NCBI RefSeq assembly: GCF_964355755.1
Contig: NC_092671.1
Location: 3,596,001 to 3,660,000, forward strand
Reading direction: 5' to 3'
DNA from: Antedon mediterranea
Taxonomy: Eukaryota > Animalia > Echinodermata
DNA: 64,000 nt
The position numbers were made by a program, and so were the translations under genes. Below are positions 11,871 through 24,880 of this stretch, piece after piece (positions within the stretch are counted from its first letter, which is position 1; the number at the start of each line of letters is the position of its first letter). The notes beneath the pieces are model-generated. The model was given only the letters and a program-made list of their open reading frames with translations. It was not told where the DNA came from and searched no databases.

Positions 11871-12294
11871 GCCAATCCCCAAACTTAATGCCTTAAAGTG
11901 ATAGAGATAGTATACCAGTCGAAGGCTAGATAGTAATTTGGGTGACAGAGAAGTGACATGTTTAGAATATGCAATCTTTTGTAGCTAATCAAGATATAGC
12001 AGAATATAAATGTGATGCTTCTTGTCCTTGGAAATAATAAGGACATAACATAAGTCATAATCTTGAATCTTTCCGTAATCAAGATCGTGTACTGACTGTA
12101 ACTTCAAAGTTAAGAATGTTTTACATAACAGATGCGAGTGCATGTTACCTGACAGTTTCTACCGGGGGAATTTCTACACGATGTTTTAACTGTTCAAACA
12201 CTTTTCTAGACCTAATTGATTAGCATAAATACAACATTTGAGAGATGATTTTTTCCGTTGACTTCAAGGACAAAATGTTACACAGCAAAATTTG

Positions 12295-13845
12295 AAATTC
12301 TAAGCAAGAAAAAAAAATCTTGTTTTAAGAAAAAATTCTTAAAATAAGTATTTTTTTTCTTGTCAAGATTTAAAATTACTTAAAACAAGAAATAATTTTC
12401 TAGAAAAGACACATTTTCTTAAAATAAGTTTTGCAATATTCTTGAAAATGCTTATTACAAGAAATGTTTTACTTAAAATAAGAAGTCAATATCATTCTCT
12501 TCTTATTAAGAATAGTTTTGCTTAAAACAAGATTTGAAAATACTTAATTTGAAAAGTATTTTACTTAAAATAAGAAATCTATATTTTATTTATCCCTATC
12601 AAGAATAATTTTTCTTAAATCAAGATTGATGAATTATAAAAATTACTTAAAACAATCAATATTTTTCTAGGTAAGACAAAGTTTCTTAAATTAGGTTTCG
12701 CAATAGTCTTGAAAATACTTGTTTTGAGAAATATTTTACTTAAAATAAGAAGTCAATTTCACACTACCCTTATCAAGATTATTTTTAATTGAATCAAGAT
12801 TCGCAATATTCTTGAAAATGCTTATTACAAGAAATATTTTACTTAAAATAAGAAGTCAATATCATTCTCTTCTTATTAAGAATAGTTTTGCTTAAAACAA
12901 GATTTGAAAATACTTAATTTGAAAAGTATTTTACTTAAATAAGAAATCAATATTATATTTATCCCTATCAAGAATAATTTTTCTTAAATCAAGATTGATG
13001 AATTCTAAAAATTACTTAAAACAATAAATATTTTTCTAGGTAAGACAAAGTTTCTTAAATTAGGTTTCGCAATATTCTTAAAAATACTTATTTTGAGAAA
13101 TGTTTTACTTAAAATAAGAAGTCAATATCATACTATCTTATCAAGACTATTTTTGCTTAAATTGAGATTCGCAATATTTAAAAAAATACTTATTTTGAGA
13201 AATGTTTTACTTAAAATAAGAAGTCAATATCATACTATCTTATCAAGACTATTTTTACTTGAATCAAGATTCGCAATATTCTTAAAAATACTTATTTCTT
13301 GAAATGTTTTACTTAAAATAAGAAGTCAATATCATACTATCTTATCAAGACTATTTTTGCTTAAATTGAGATTCGCAATATTTTAAAAAATACTTATTTT
13401 GAAAAATGTTTTACTTAAAATAAGAAGTCAATATCATACTATCCTATCAAGACTATTTTTGCTTGAATTCAGATTCGCAATATTCTGATTTTGAGAAATG
13501 TTTTACTTAAAATAAGAAGTCAATATCATACTATCTTATCAAGACTATTTTTACTTGAATCAAGATTCGCAATATTCTTTAAAATACTTATTTTGAGAAA
13601 TGTTTTACTTAAAATAAGAAGTCAATATCATACTATCTTATCAAGACTATTTTTGCTTAAATTGAGATTCGCAATATTTTTTAAAATACTTATTTTGAGA
13701 AATGGTTTACTTAAGATAAGAAGTCAATATCATACTATATCCTATCAAGACTATTTTTGCTTGAATTGAAGTCAATTCTATTTTAATATTCTTAAAAATA
13801 CTTATTTTGAGAAATGTTTTACTTAAAATAGATTGTCAATATCCT
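12295..13845. repeat. Left subterminal array (about 102-bp unit, about 370-bp higher-order duplication)
   Basis: AATACTTATTTTGAGAAATG at 13083 and 13185; CTTGAAAATGCTTATTACAAG at 12441 and 12811. Confidence 0.9.
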
Positions 13846-14735
13846 TATATTCACACAACGGTAGAGCAGTTAGCACTTCAGTTTCAACTGATGAAAGAAT
13901 CTGGGTAATCAAACTGTTTGTGCTTTGAATAATCGATTGCACTGCAACCTAAAGAAAATAATATTGATTTAATATTTTTTATATTCAAGTTTTAATATGT
14001 TTAAAAACTAAGTTGTGCTTTAGTTGGGGAGCTATGCAGCCTAACAAAAAAAATGTTATTTGTAACAATGAAATTGGTCACAAAAAAATGCAACATAAAC
14101 TTAGAGTGTATAATGCCTAGGCCTAGTACCCAAGTCCTATAGTTACTATAGCTAATAGTCCTGTATAATAACAGTACCAGCAAGGCCTAGGAAATAGACG
14201 TATTTCTCTAATAAAAAATAGTTTAAAATGCATAGGCCTAATTGTTGTAATTTTAAAGCAAAATGGCTTACCTGTGGAATCTTGTTTCTCTCCTTTAATT
14301 TTAGTAGAAAGAAATCAGCATTTTTTATACTATTATCTGCTTGTTCATCCTCTAGTTAGTAGGCCTTCTTGCTGAGCATCAACAAGATATATTAATATTA
14401 AACAATCATTAACAGTATAACAATACTAGAATTATCACTACTACTTAGATCGTCAGTTGATAAATCATCCCCGTTATAATAGTTTTTTTCTTCATTAACT
14501 TCGTCAGTCTCCTAGTCTAGGCCTAGTTCTACTTCATCCTCAATTGGCATCCTCGTTTTCTCCAGGCATACTTATATACTGATGTTTCCATCGTCAACTG
14601 CAGGAGGTTGCCGATTGTTATACTCGTCCTTAAAATGGCGTCTTATGACATGCTTGTAAAACGAATTGTAAATTCCAAAGCTTGCCGGGCAGCAAACCAC
14701 CAATTCCACATGTTACTCGAAAATTTGGAGTATTT
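13845..14735 (-). pseudogene. Truncated EnSpm-type transposase 5' region (spliced)
   Basis: Minus exon 14735-14272: NTPNFRVTCGIGG/CPASFGIYNSFYKHVIRRH (C2H2 finger, frameshifted), acidic linker, ADFFLLKLKERNKIPQ|gtaag; next exon from 13948: VAVQSIIQSTNSLITQILSSVETEV, then cut off by the array. Confidence 0.7.
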
Positions 14736-15166
14736 CTATGAATTGAATTATAATGCCTTAGCAAATAGGGTAGCAAATACTGTACCTACTTCAGTTTACT
14801 GGCACCAACTTATCGCTTTTTGTCGGACTGCAACAAACATGTGTCATTATTATTGTCTGTCGTATTACTGTTGGTCCAGACGTTTTATAGATTTGCTTTA
14901 ACCACCATGGAGGTTTATACCTCCATGCTTTAACGTTGAGCAGTATAATGACCTTATACATTCTGGGTAAAAGGCCAGCGATAAATTTTTGGTTATAGTT
15001 GAAAAACAACACTGTGTGTGGTCGATGACCTAGCTCCCGGTGGGATCATGGCCAACGGTTTTTTAAAGTAATCATTCAAAATCTAGAGTTTGTAAGTAAA
15101 AGACACCTTTCATCGCAATTTATATATTAAATGCTTCAATAGGCCTAGTAAGATTAGTCTAATATA

Positions 15167-17296
15167 ATGTCGAAGGAAGACGCTTTGTTGAAGATCCGAG
15201 AAATAGATGAAGAAGTGGCCAACATTTTAACAGGTTCGTAGGCCTAATAATTATATTTTAATCTGCCAGCAGTCTAGGCCTAGCCTAGGCTCCTTCCTAG
15301 TTAGTAATACTGTAGGCCTGGAACTAGTAGGTCTAGGCTAGCCTACTACTATGCCTGTACTGACGGATAGGTGTATAGGTTTAGCTTAGCATTTTAGTTC
15401 AGACATTGACAGAGGGGACAAATATTGTCGGACCTATTTCAGCTAGGTATAAGGAAGGCCTAATAATAGATAATACAATTATAATGTAACAGTTATTTTG
15501 TAATGTAGCCATGAAATATCTACGAAGGATTATACTGTATTATATACACATATTCCAATGAGAAATATAATGACATTTAAAAACACTTCTTTATATTTAA
15601 TTAATTGTACACACTAAGTAATCCCCGAAGTGATCACATCGATATTGAAACTTTATGTTTTTAACTCTAAATTTAAAAAAAACATACTAAAAAAACAAAC
15701 AAAAAACATACGTACTGCATAACTAAAATTGTTATATTAAATTTCTTTTTAAAAAACTGTGTTATTTACAATATCTTAAATTATTTGTTAGGTAGTTGAA
15801 GAAGTTCGAAGGATACTAATTATTACTAGGCAAAGAGGAATGAAATACAAAAGAAAGCTTTTTAAAAAAGTGCTTAGCAAATTTTTCCAAAGAAGGGAAT
15901 AATATAGTTTATTTTGGTATTTTAAAGAGAAACACCAGTCCTCCATCTGGTAAGTACAGTGTATGTTTTTGTACTTTTAACTATTCATAAATAGTTTTAT
16001 AATGGACCAATGGTAGTGAGGAAAATACGTGTACATATTGTGTACGTATTTTTAACAGCTTGGTTCGACTCAAGCTAGTGTCATGCACTCCTCCCTTTGA
16101 CAACTAAAATTAAATAAATGACTTATGAATATTAATTTTTGACATATTAATGCTCTCCTGGCCAGCCCACCCTTTCCCCTTCCTTTTACATTGACCACCT
16201 ACAAAACTGTAGGCTACATTATTAAAAATTTGAGCTACAGTATACATGTATCAAGTTTATGTCCATACATTATTCCACTGATTTAAATAAATTTATATAA
16301 TATAAAGTTTTCAATTTGTTATTTTTGGTTAGGTTCAAAGATAACCCATATGTTGTCAAATCTGTCAAACATATTTGTTGGGAAAAACTCATCAAAAAAA
16401 GTCTGCCGACCTTGAAGGTATTTAGTGTTTTTTAAAATTTAAAATACAAGTAACATTATGTACATTAAAAAAAAATATCTTAAAGTGTTTTTTTAAAATC
16501 AAATTTATCTTAGCTTAAAATTTGAGGTATATACTATGTTTACAATAATTTATTAAAATCAAACAATTAAACAAAATTTACATTTAATTGTATGATTGTT
16601 ATTATAAACATTGATACGGAATAAAAACATCAATCAGGATTGAGCACCGTTTTGCGTATTGTCTTCCTAAATAGTAATATTAAAAATAAATTTAGACCCT
16701 AATAATTTAACTAAAAATAATAGATACAGCCAGGCCTGTCTTTGGGATCGGTATAAACAGGGCAAAGTTTGTGATTAAAAAGTTCAAATGCATATTCCAC
16801 CCACCCTTATGTCTTATAATGTAAAATTATTCTTACCACCGTTCTAATATTGCGTCATGTTTTTGTGTTTACCGCCCCAGATATTGGACTCTAAAACCAC
16901 ACCGTACCCAATTAGTTGATGATGTTACACATATTTTAAATACAGTAATAACTAAAACTATATTAATCTCTTTTCATTTTTAGGAACATGAATAAAGATC
17001 CAGAATCCTGGTCTTCACGCCGATCAGGTAATATGCCGGTATTGCTTTTGGACACAGAAATGGCCTACATTAAAGTTTAGCAAACAATTCTAACTACAAA
17101 GAAAGCAAAATTAGATGAGGCTCTAGTTACTCTCCTCTCCACTTTTTACCTTCTGGATTTCGATTATCCAAAATGAAAAGAAGTAGGCCTCACTATCCTT
17201 TAACAGTTAGTGATTTGTGATGAAAACACACCTGTACACTTGACAAAGGCTGTTGAATCATCATTAGTATACATTAATAAATTTAAAGACACCTAA
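15167..17296 (+). pseudogene. Decayed transposon accessory gene, SAM/SAMD3-like
   Basis: Exon-like pieces: 15167-15233 MSKEDALLKIREIDEEVANILT; about 15400-15460 SDIDRG/LSDLFQLGIRK; about 15792-15949; about 16333-16417; 16984-17296 DEALVTLLSTFYLLDFDYPK*KEVGLTIL*QLV with three in-frame stops. Confidence 0.65.
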
Positions 17297-17594
17297 TAGT
17301 TTAAAGCCCAGGTTCGGGAGAAGAATTTTACAAAATTTGTATTTTACCATTTTAATGTTTTTAAGTTTTCTTTTGATGGCATTTTATTATTAATAAAAAC
17401 AAGTTTGTTTTAAAGAAGTTGTATATATTATTGTACCTAATGTCATGTAAATTGTAGTTCTTAATGAAAATAACAGTATTGTTAATATTATGTTTTATAA
17501 CATTCTTGAATTTATTTGTTTATTAAGTAAAATATTACTTAAAATGAGTATTCATTTATCGTTCTTAAAATAAATTTTTAATGATTTATATTTT

Positions 17595-18875
17595 ATAGAA
17601 TTCTTGTTTCAAGCAATTTTTTTCCCAATATAAGTAAGAATTTACGAATTTTAATTTGATAGAATTCTTGTTTCAAGCAATACTTTTCTTAAAATAAGTA
17701 AACATTTACTGGTTTTTATTTGATAGACTTCTTGTTTACTTATTTTAAAAAAAGTTTTGCTTAAAACAAGAATTCTACAAATAAAAATCGGAATATTCTT
17801 ACTTATTTTAAGAAATATATTGCTTGAAACAAGAAAACTAAAAATATAAATCGGAATATTCTTACTTATTTTAAGAAAAATATTGCTTAAAACAAGAATT
17901 CTACAAATAAAAATCGGAATATTCTTACTTATTTTAAGAAATATATTGCTTGAAACAAGAATATTAAAATTAAAAATCGGAATATTCTTACTTATTTTAA
18001 GAAAAATATTGCTTAAAACAAGAATTCTAAAAAATACAAATCGGAAAATTCTTACTTATTTTAAAAAAAATATTGCTTGAAACAAGAATTCAAAAAATAC
18101 AAATCGGAATATTCTTACTTATTTTAAGAAATATATTGCTTGAAACAAGAATATTAAAATTAAAAATCGGAATATTCTTACTTATTTTAAGAAAAATATT
18201 GCTTAAAACAAGAATTCTAAAAAATACAAATCGGAATATTCTTACTTATTTTAAGAAAAATATTGCTTGAAACAAGAATTCTACAAATAAAAATCGGAAT
18301 ATTCTTACTTATTTTAAGAAATATATTGCTTGAAACAAGAATTCTATAAAATACAAATCGGAATATTCTTACTTATTTTAAGAAATATCTTGCTTGAAAC
18401 AAGAATTCAAAAAAATACAAATCGGAATATTCTTACTTATTTTAAGAAATATATTGCTTGAAACAAGAATTCTATAAAATACAAATCGGAATATTCTTAC
18501 TTATTTTAAGAAATATATTGCTTGAAACAAGAATTCAAAAAAATACAAATCGGAATATTCTTACTTATTTTAAGAAAAATATTGCTTGAAACAAGAATTC
18601 TATTTTAAAAAATCGATAAATTGTTACTTATTTTAAGGCAGATACTGCTTAAAACAAGAATGAAAAAAGCAATTAAATTCTTGGTAAGAATATTGTTCTT
18701 AAAGTATTATTTCTTGGTAAGAATAATTTTCTTGATAAGAATTTGTGTGATTCTTGTTAAGAATTTTACGATTCTTGGTAAGCCAAAAAGTATTGAAATA
18801 CGGACAAGTCAAAATTTACTTGTTTCAAGAAATATTTTGCTTGAAACAAGTTTTTTTTTTCTTAAAACAAGAATC
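17595..18875. repeat. Right subterminal array (about 14 copies of 63-64 bp)
   Basis: Unit AAATCGGAATATTCTTACTTATTTTAAGAAATATATTGCTTGAAACAAGAATTC..; ATCGG at 17787, 17850, 17913, 17976, 18040 and onward; first 2-3 units inverted. Confidence 0.92.
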
Positions 18876-19060
18876 AGAATTTTGCTGTGTAGGATTGATG
18901 ACATAGCAGTATGCTTATCGAGTTGATATTGTGTTTTATAGACATGTTAAGCGACAACATAATTAAAAGAGATCCACATAATATAAGGGGACACATTTAG
19001 GACCCATTAGCCGTAGGGTTAAACCATGTATTGCCTCTCGTTCTTTTCACGTAAAACTAT

Positions 19061-19195
19061 CCCCCCCTTAATATAGGAGCTGTCGCCCCTTAATATAGGA
19101 ATATAGGAGCTGTCCCTCCCCCCTCCCCTTAATATTGGAATATAGGAGGCTGCTGTCCCCCCCTTAATATAGGAGCTGTCTCCCCTGAATATGGA
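19061..19195. repeat. Minisatellite CCCCTTAATATAGGAGCTGTC, about 5 variable units
   Basis: Directly visible tandem units. Confidence 0.85.
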
Positions 19196-20763
19196 TGCCA
19201 CAAAGGAAGAGTTCTACATTTTTCCTATTTCACCATACAAGTAACATGAATTACAAAAGGAGTTAAAGTGAACATTAAAATAATTATTTTAGGCGTTTAA
19301 AATGAAAGAGTGTACAGATAATAACTGACTCTGACAAACATGTCAAAATGTTGAGGTCAAACGTCAAGATTGGCTTAACTATATAATTCTTTATTCATTT
19401 TTTGTATAAACAACTCAGTTAAATTAGAATAAGGTTTAATAACGAGTTTGGTGCTAACACTTTCAAATGAGTTTAGATATTGAGTGACATTATTTTGTTG
19501 GCAATGCACGCAATGTACGCTATACTATGTTCAGACGCGTTTGGCAACATCTAATCGCGTTTCCACGACATTTCGATATTAATCATTTCCTTCAATTACT
19601 GTTACTAGTTGGATTTAAAGACTTGAAAGCGTTTGTGAAATAATTATTTTGGGGTTCAGAAGTGAGTCAGTCGTCTGAAAGTAGGCTAGGAGACATGCCT
19701 TACCAATATTATTTATGTTAAACTCATTGTTAAAATGCTATCAGAGTCACGTTTTCGGATTTCGAGCGCTTATTAAAGTAATGCTTTTAAACATGGCTTT
19801 GCGGAAACATACAGACTTGTAGGCCTAAATGCATTCACACTCTCTGCTTAATGAAAACAGGAGATTTCTTACCTGCTAAGTTTCAATAATTTTCGGATTA
19901 AAGGATTCAAGTCCTCCAGATTCTATCCAATTGTAGATTGGCTAACATGGTTGTAACACGTGACTCATCTAGGGCGTTCATTGACTGAGTCAGAAAGGGT
20001 CAATTTATGTAAAAAAAATTATATATATATATATATATTTTTTTTTCATTTTCATAACTCACCGTCACAATTCTTTGAATAGGCTCATATTAAATATAAT
20101 ATTAATTATTATACCCGAACTTGGATATTTGGGCATGTTAAAGTCATGTTCATTTTACATCCTTTACGAACAAAAATACCTAAATATTATCACGTATCGA
20201 CGCGTAATATGTTGATGAGACCATTCGATTTGGTGAATATCCCGTCACGTATAGTTTGAACTGAACCCATCCGTCTAAAATTAATTTATTTCTAAAAGTT
20301 TAAAAGTGCGCTAACCTTTGAACATTTCCACTGGGTCCTATCACACAGTGGTATTTTACTATTTCACTCAAACTACTGTATTATGACGAATGTACAGACT
20401 ATATTTGGACAAGGTCACGCGGGAAAAGAGTGGGTAAAATTAATGCGTCGCTTAACCAATCCAACTTGCGTGCCGATGTTTACAGTTGAGCTGGTAAGTA
20501 AAAATGACTCATATCCGCGGTCTGGACAGGTGACAAAGTGGTAGAGATCCGTAATCGTAGTAGATATCCATGTTTTACCGAACACCTGTTCTATGACGAT
20601 TATTATTTGGTAGGGTGGCGTATTTCCAGTGTGGTCACTAATTTAGTGGTAGACCTACTTTGTGTACAGTCAACCTACCGGTTGAGAACTCATCATCTGC
20701 AGCAGTCACTGCTTTGTGAGTCCAATCAGAATAGAGTGACCTCTCCAGTAGTAGTGGTAGAGT

Positions 20764-21996
20764 ATAATAAATAATAAATAACATTTATAAAGCGCAAGAG
20801 ACAAAGGTTTCAAAGCGCTGTGTTTTCCAAGATCAGTGCAAGTAGTAGCGTGCGATTATGCTTCTCTGAAGAGATGAGTTTTGAGTTTAGTTTTAAATGT
20901 GATAACAGATTTTGATGAGCGTATTTCGAGTGGTAGAGTGTTCCAGAGTTTTGGGGCTGCGACAGCGAAAGCACGATCACCGTAAAACCGAGTTCTGGAA
21001 CGGGGTCCAGGTTTTAGAAGAAGTCTGCTGGATGAACGAAGCGAAGAGTTGGTTGACGGAGTAATGATGTCACATATGTAGGCTGGAGCACATCCGTTGA
21101 TGGCCTTATATGTCAGCAACAGGATTTTAAAACGAATGCGCTGATCAACAGGCAACCAGTGTAAGTCACGTAAAACGGGAGAAATATGTTCATGTCGTTT
21201 AGTGCCAGTGATAAGTCTTGCGGCGGAATTTTGGATTCGTTGAAGAGGAGACAGATAAGAAGTTGGTAGGCCGTACAGAAGCGAGTTATTACAGTCCAGA
21301 CGAGATGAAACAAAAGCATGAACAAGACGTTCAGTTGATGTTTTGTCAAGGTACTTACGAATCTGGCCGATCTGGTAAATTCCAAAGGAAGCACCACGGC
21401 AAACATTACGAATGTGTTCTTTTAAACCGAGGCTGTTGTCTAGTTGGACGCCTAGATTTCTGGCTGAGCTGGAGGTAGAGACACTAGTATCTCCGATATG
21501 GACCAAAGGAAATGATGATGCCTCACGGAACTTTGAATGAAAATGGATCATTTCAGTCTTGGAGTCGTTGAGCATGAGTTTATTTTGAATGGCCCATGAG
21601 CGAACATCTGCAATGCATGATTCAAGGCTGTTAACAGATTCAGAGTGATGTGTAGGTTTCATGATTAAATATAGTTGAGTGTCATCTGCATAGATCATAT
21701 GACGAACTTCCGGGTGGGAATCAATGATGTTGCTGAGTGGTCCAGTGTATAAGATGAAATCGAGTGGACCTTTTACGGATCCCTGTGGTACACCCCAGGG
21801 TAGAGCGAACTCATCAGACATCGAATCACCCACAATGATTGCTTGTCTACGATTCTCAAAATATGAAATAAACCATTTCAATGCGGTTCCGCTTATGCCG
21901 TATCTTTTATGAAGACGTTGAAATAATAAATCATGATTGATAGTGTCAAATGCTGCGGAGTAGTCGAGTAGAATAAGTACCGCTTCATTACCTTTC
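20764..21996 (-). mobile_element. 5'-truncated L2-clade LINE (RT C-half plus 3' end)
   Basis: Open frame from about 21996 (LILLDYSAAFDTINH) through GVPQGS, YADD, LHWLPV, GDRAFAVAAPKLWNTLP, FKTKLKTHLF to stop 20856; L2-type GCGCTTT..GCGCTTTATAAAT end and (TTTAT/TTAT)n tail. Confidence 0.92.
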
Positions 21997-22390
21997 TAAA
22001 TAGGCCTACTACTGAGCTGACACGGAGTGAATTGGAAACTCTCTTTCCACATGAAGTTTCTTTCATTGTATCTCAGAATGCATGATCTCATCTCGAATGT
22101 TAGATCTCCATTGATTATGGTACTGGTTCCTCAGATGTCTGTATCTGGGTTGCACTTCTTTTTAGGTTGTGTTTTAAGTTAACTTTGGATGCGTTACGTT
22201 GTTCTCCCTTTGTTTCCTAAGTTTGTTACAAAATATGTTTTGTTAGCCCCCTGTCATTTTTCATATGATCGATATGTCCTGTCTAATTAAAAGAAAATCA
22301 TCTCTGACTGAGGATTAAGATATGTTGCATTAAACAAAAGTGTACCGGGTGCCGGGTCATCTCTCGGGTAATCTTGAAAAACACTTTTAA

Positions 22391-23460
22391 TCATTCATTC
22401 ATTCATCTTTTTATTTCGGAATACCATGGTGACGTAATATATCTATAGCAAAAGAGAGAAAAAAAATCTTAATCATAAACAAAAATATTATATAGGCCTA
22501 AAAATATGTTATTTTGATAAACCTGCTGATTATAGACATGTAGTAACTATTATAGCTACGTATCATCAAAGTATTGCATAATAGAGGACCATCTTATTTA
22601 ATACATAATTCGATAGATGTGTGAACAACAACAACACTTCAAACTACTGAAATATCTTTACAAATATCAGGATCACTACTCGTGCTTAAATCCACTTATA
22701 TATACATTTAAATATTTAATTTGATATCTGATTTTCTACACGTTTGTCTCAGAGAAACTGGTGACAGTACAAGGCAGTACAGGTCTTGAGGCCTAAGTTG
22801 ATATATAAATACCCCAATTTCCATTGCTTATAAATTTGACTAAACTCGAGCAATTTGTGCAAACTGCCCTCTTTAGACTGAAGATATTGAAGTTATACGC
22901 GATGATTGGAAATGTTTTTGCTGCCCTCTTTAACAAGTTTCCATTATTTTTCGTTCAAAGTTAATATTGTTGAATCATAGAAAGGAACTTTTGATATCAA
23001 GTAATATTTAAAGAACACCCTCTATGTACACTCATTTCCAAAACTTTTTCCATTGGTATTTTTTAAACAGCGCCATCCTATGACACAATGTTTGCAAACT
23101 TTTTTGATCTGCAGTTAATGACACTATTTAAAATGCCGCCCTCTGTATTTTAATGTATTCATTTTTTCTAAAACTTTCTTTTTCTAAAATAACCTTGGGA
23201 ATAACGCAGCAGTATACTGGTTAAAATGTTTCTTTGCGTAAATTATTTAAAATTTCGTATTATTTATATTTAGAAAGGAAAGTGCGCTTTTGACAATCTG
23301 TCAGTTTTACTTTCTACATTGTTCTGTAATTTTTGTCATTTTATTTTCATAAGTTCATTTCGGAAATTAAAAATCAAATCAATTCAACTGACCGATTCCT
23401 TTCAATTTGACCCCATTCTACTGTTTCTGCCATTTCTTTTTAGTTGTTATAGATTTAGTA
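22391..23460 (-). mobile_element. Highly decayed LINE 3' portion
   Basis: Minus-strand CCGAAATAAA plus (TGAA)n tail at 22391-22420, like the 3' end of the LINE at 6531; scattered remnants (GVKL, YCCVI). Confidence 0.35.
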
Positions 23461-23501
23461 CTAACTTGAATATAATGTACAAAGAAATTTTTTTTTTAAA
23501 G

Positions 23502-23654
23502 TTAGAGCTTCTTCGTAATGATGTGTAACAATGAATATCTGTTGAGCAGTCAATCTTGCTCTTAAAATATTCACCTTTTAGAGCTTCTTAGAATGATGCG
23601 TAACAATGAGTATCTGTTGAGCAGTCAATCTTGCTCTTAAAATATTCACCTTTT
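23502..23654. repeat. 76-bp tandem duplication
   Basis: TTAGAGCTTCTT...AAAATATTCACCTTTT at 23502 and 23578. Confidence 0.9.
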
Positions 23655-24880
23655 TCTTCCTGAATCGAAGTTAACTGTCAATTTTGTAATCTTGCTTCGG
23701 TGCGTGCGAAGTTTGAGTGATTTATAACTTTTCAACTGTTTAAATTTGGGCAAATCTTTGTTAGGCGTCCGATGATAAAATTTGTAGCTGTCACACTTCG
23801 GTTCAGGTCACTAGTGATAATTGGTGGTTAATTTCAGCTTGTATTATTTCACGTCTACCGATACATGTCAACTATTGTTAGTTATAAAAAGACCTAATTG
23901 CTCGCATGTTAGGCTTAAAAGGGTGTCAGGTAATAAAGTACTTTTAATAGTCACACGTCGTTGAGAACAACTATGACTAAGTGGTTTCTAGCCTCAATAA
24001 ATGTACTCTGTTCTAGACGGCGATTTGGCTTCTTCTCGGTAAAAAGAATGCATTCTGGCACACATGACGTTTTCATACGTTTACTTGAGCTGGAATCTAG
24101 TTTAGGACAAAATTATTGAAACATGAATCTCCGCTTTTGGCGCTCATAAATGAATATTAAACAAAGGAAAAGCCAAGGTATTGGCAATAATAACTTGTTT
24201 TACATTATGTAAATTAAAAATAAAATTACTTAACAATGTTGGTGAGTATGTTGAAATAAATTTAAAACTTGAAATACAAATGAAGGCTAGTCTACACTAT
24301 AAAACTACACAGTTTGCAAGGTTTGCTAAAGGTTTAGGCAAGATAAATTTCTAATGAGAAAAAACTAAAACTGCTGAATGCACTGAAATGAATTATAATC
24401 TGTGAGAAAAAAAAAATCGCATAAAACCAAGACTTTATACATTCTGCTTAATAAGGCACCTTACTGTTATTTTCAAGCCTGATTAAATTGCAACCCTTTA
24501 TATTATATCCGGTGTCGTGGAACTTAAGAAGTGGTCAGACTTTGTGGAAAAGGAATAGCTTTCTAGTTGTTCAAAGAACCGACAACTGTAAACATACATG
24601 CTTTTTAGAAACTGGTATGGGAATTGTATGGTGTTTTGTAGACGTATTGTATCTACATTATGTTAAGTTTAAAATGAAAACATTAAGATAAACTGTTGTT
24701 TCCTAAAGCAATTCAGAAGCACTTCGCCACATGTATTAGTTCTTAATGATTTATCATTTTTCAAGTTCAGGTTGAGGCCTACGGGGCTCATCAAACTTAT
24801 TATTACGTTCTGTATGTATCGGTTGATTACAATCATATCATATTACTTATTTTGACAATTATTCATAATTACTTTTTCAG

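Larger units (their letters stand above)
12281..18889. mobile_element. Non-autonomous CMC/EnSpm (CACTA)-type DNA transposon, 6609 bp
   Basis: Perfect 12-bp TIR CACAGCAAAATT ... AATTTTGCTGTG, TA on both sides (12279-80, 18890-91), long subterminal repeat arrays, decayed transposase-like and accessory exons inside. Confidence 0.88.

Noticed and set aside
13878-13925. CTGATGA...AAAC hammerhead-like motif
   Set aside because: Lacks the GAAA core and a convincing stem II; better explained as the antisense of the transposase exon
17760-18620. Regular array resembling CRISPR
   Set aside because: Units are head-to-tail near-identical with no unique spacers; eukaryotic context; no cas genes
13093-18926. 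ORFs such as MRNVLLKIRSQ.. and MLKTRILQIKIG..
   Set aside because: Translations of the subterminal tandem arrays, not genes
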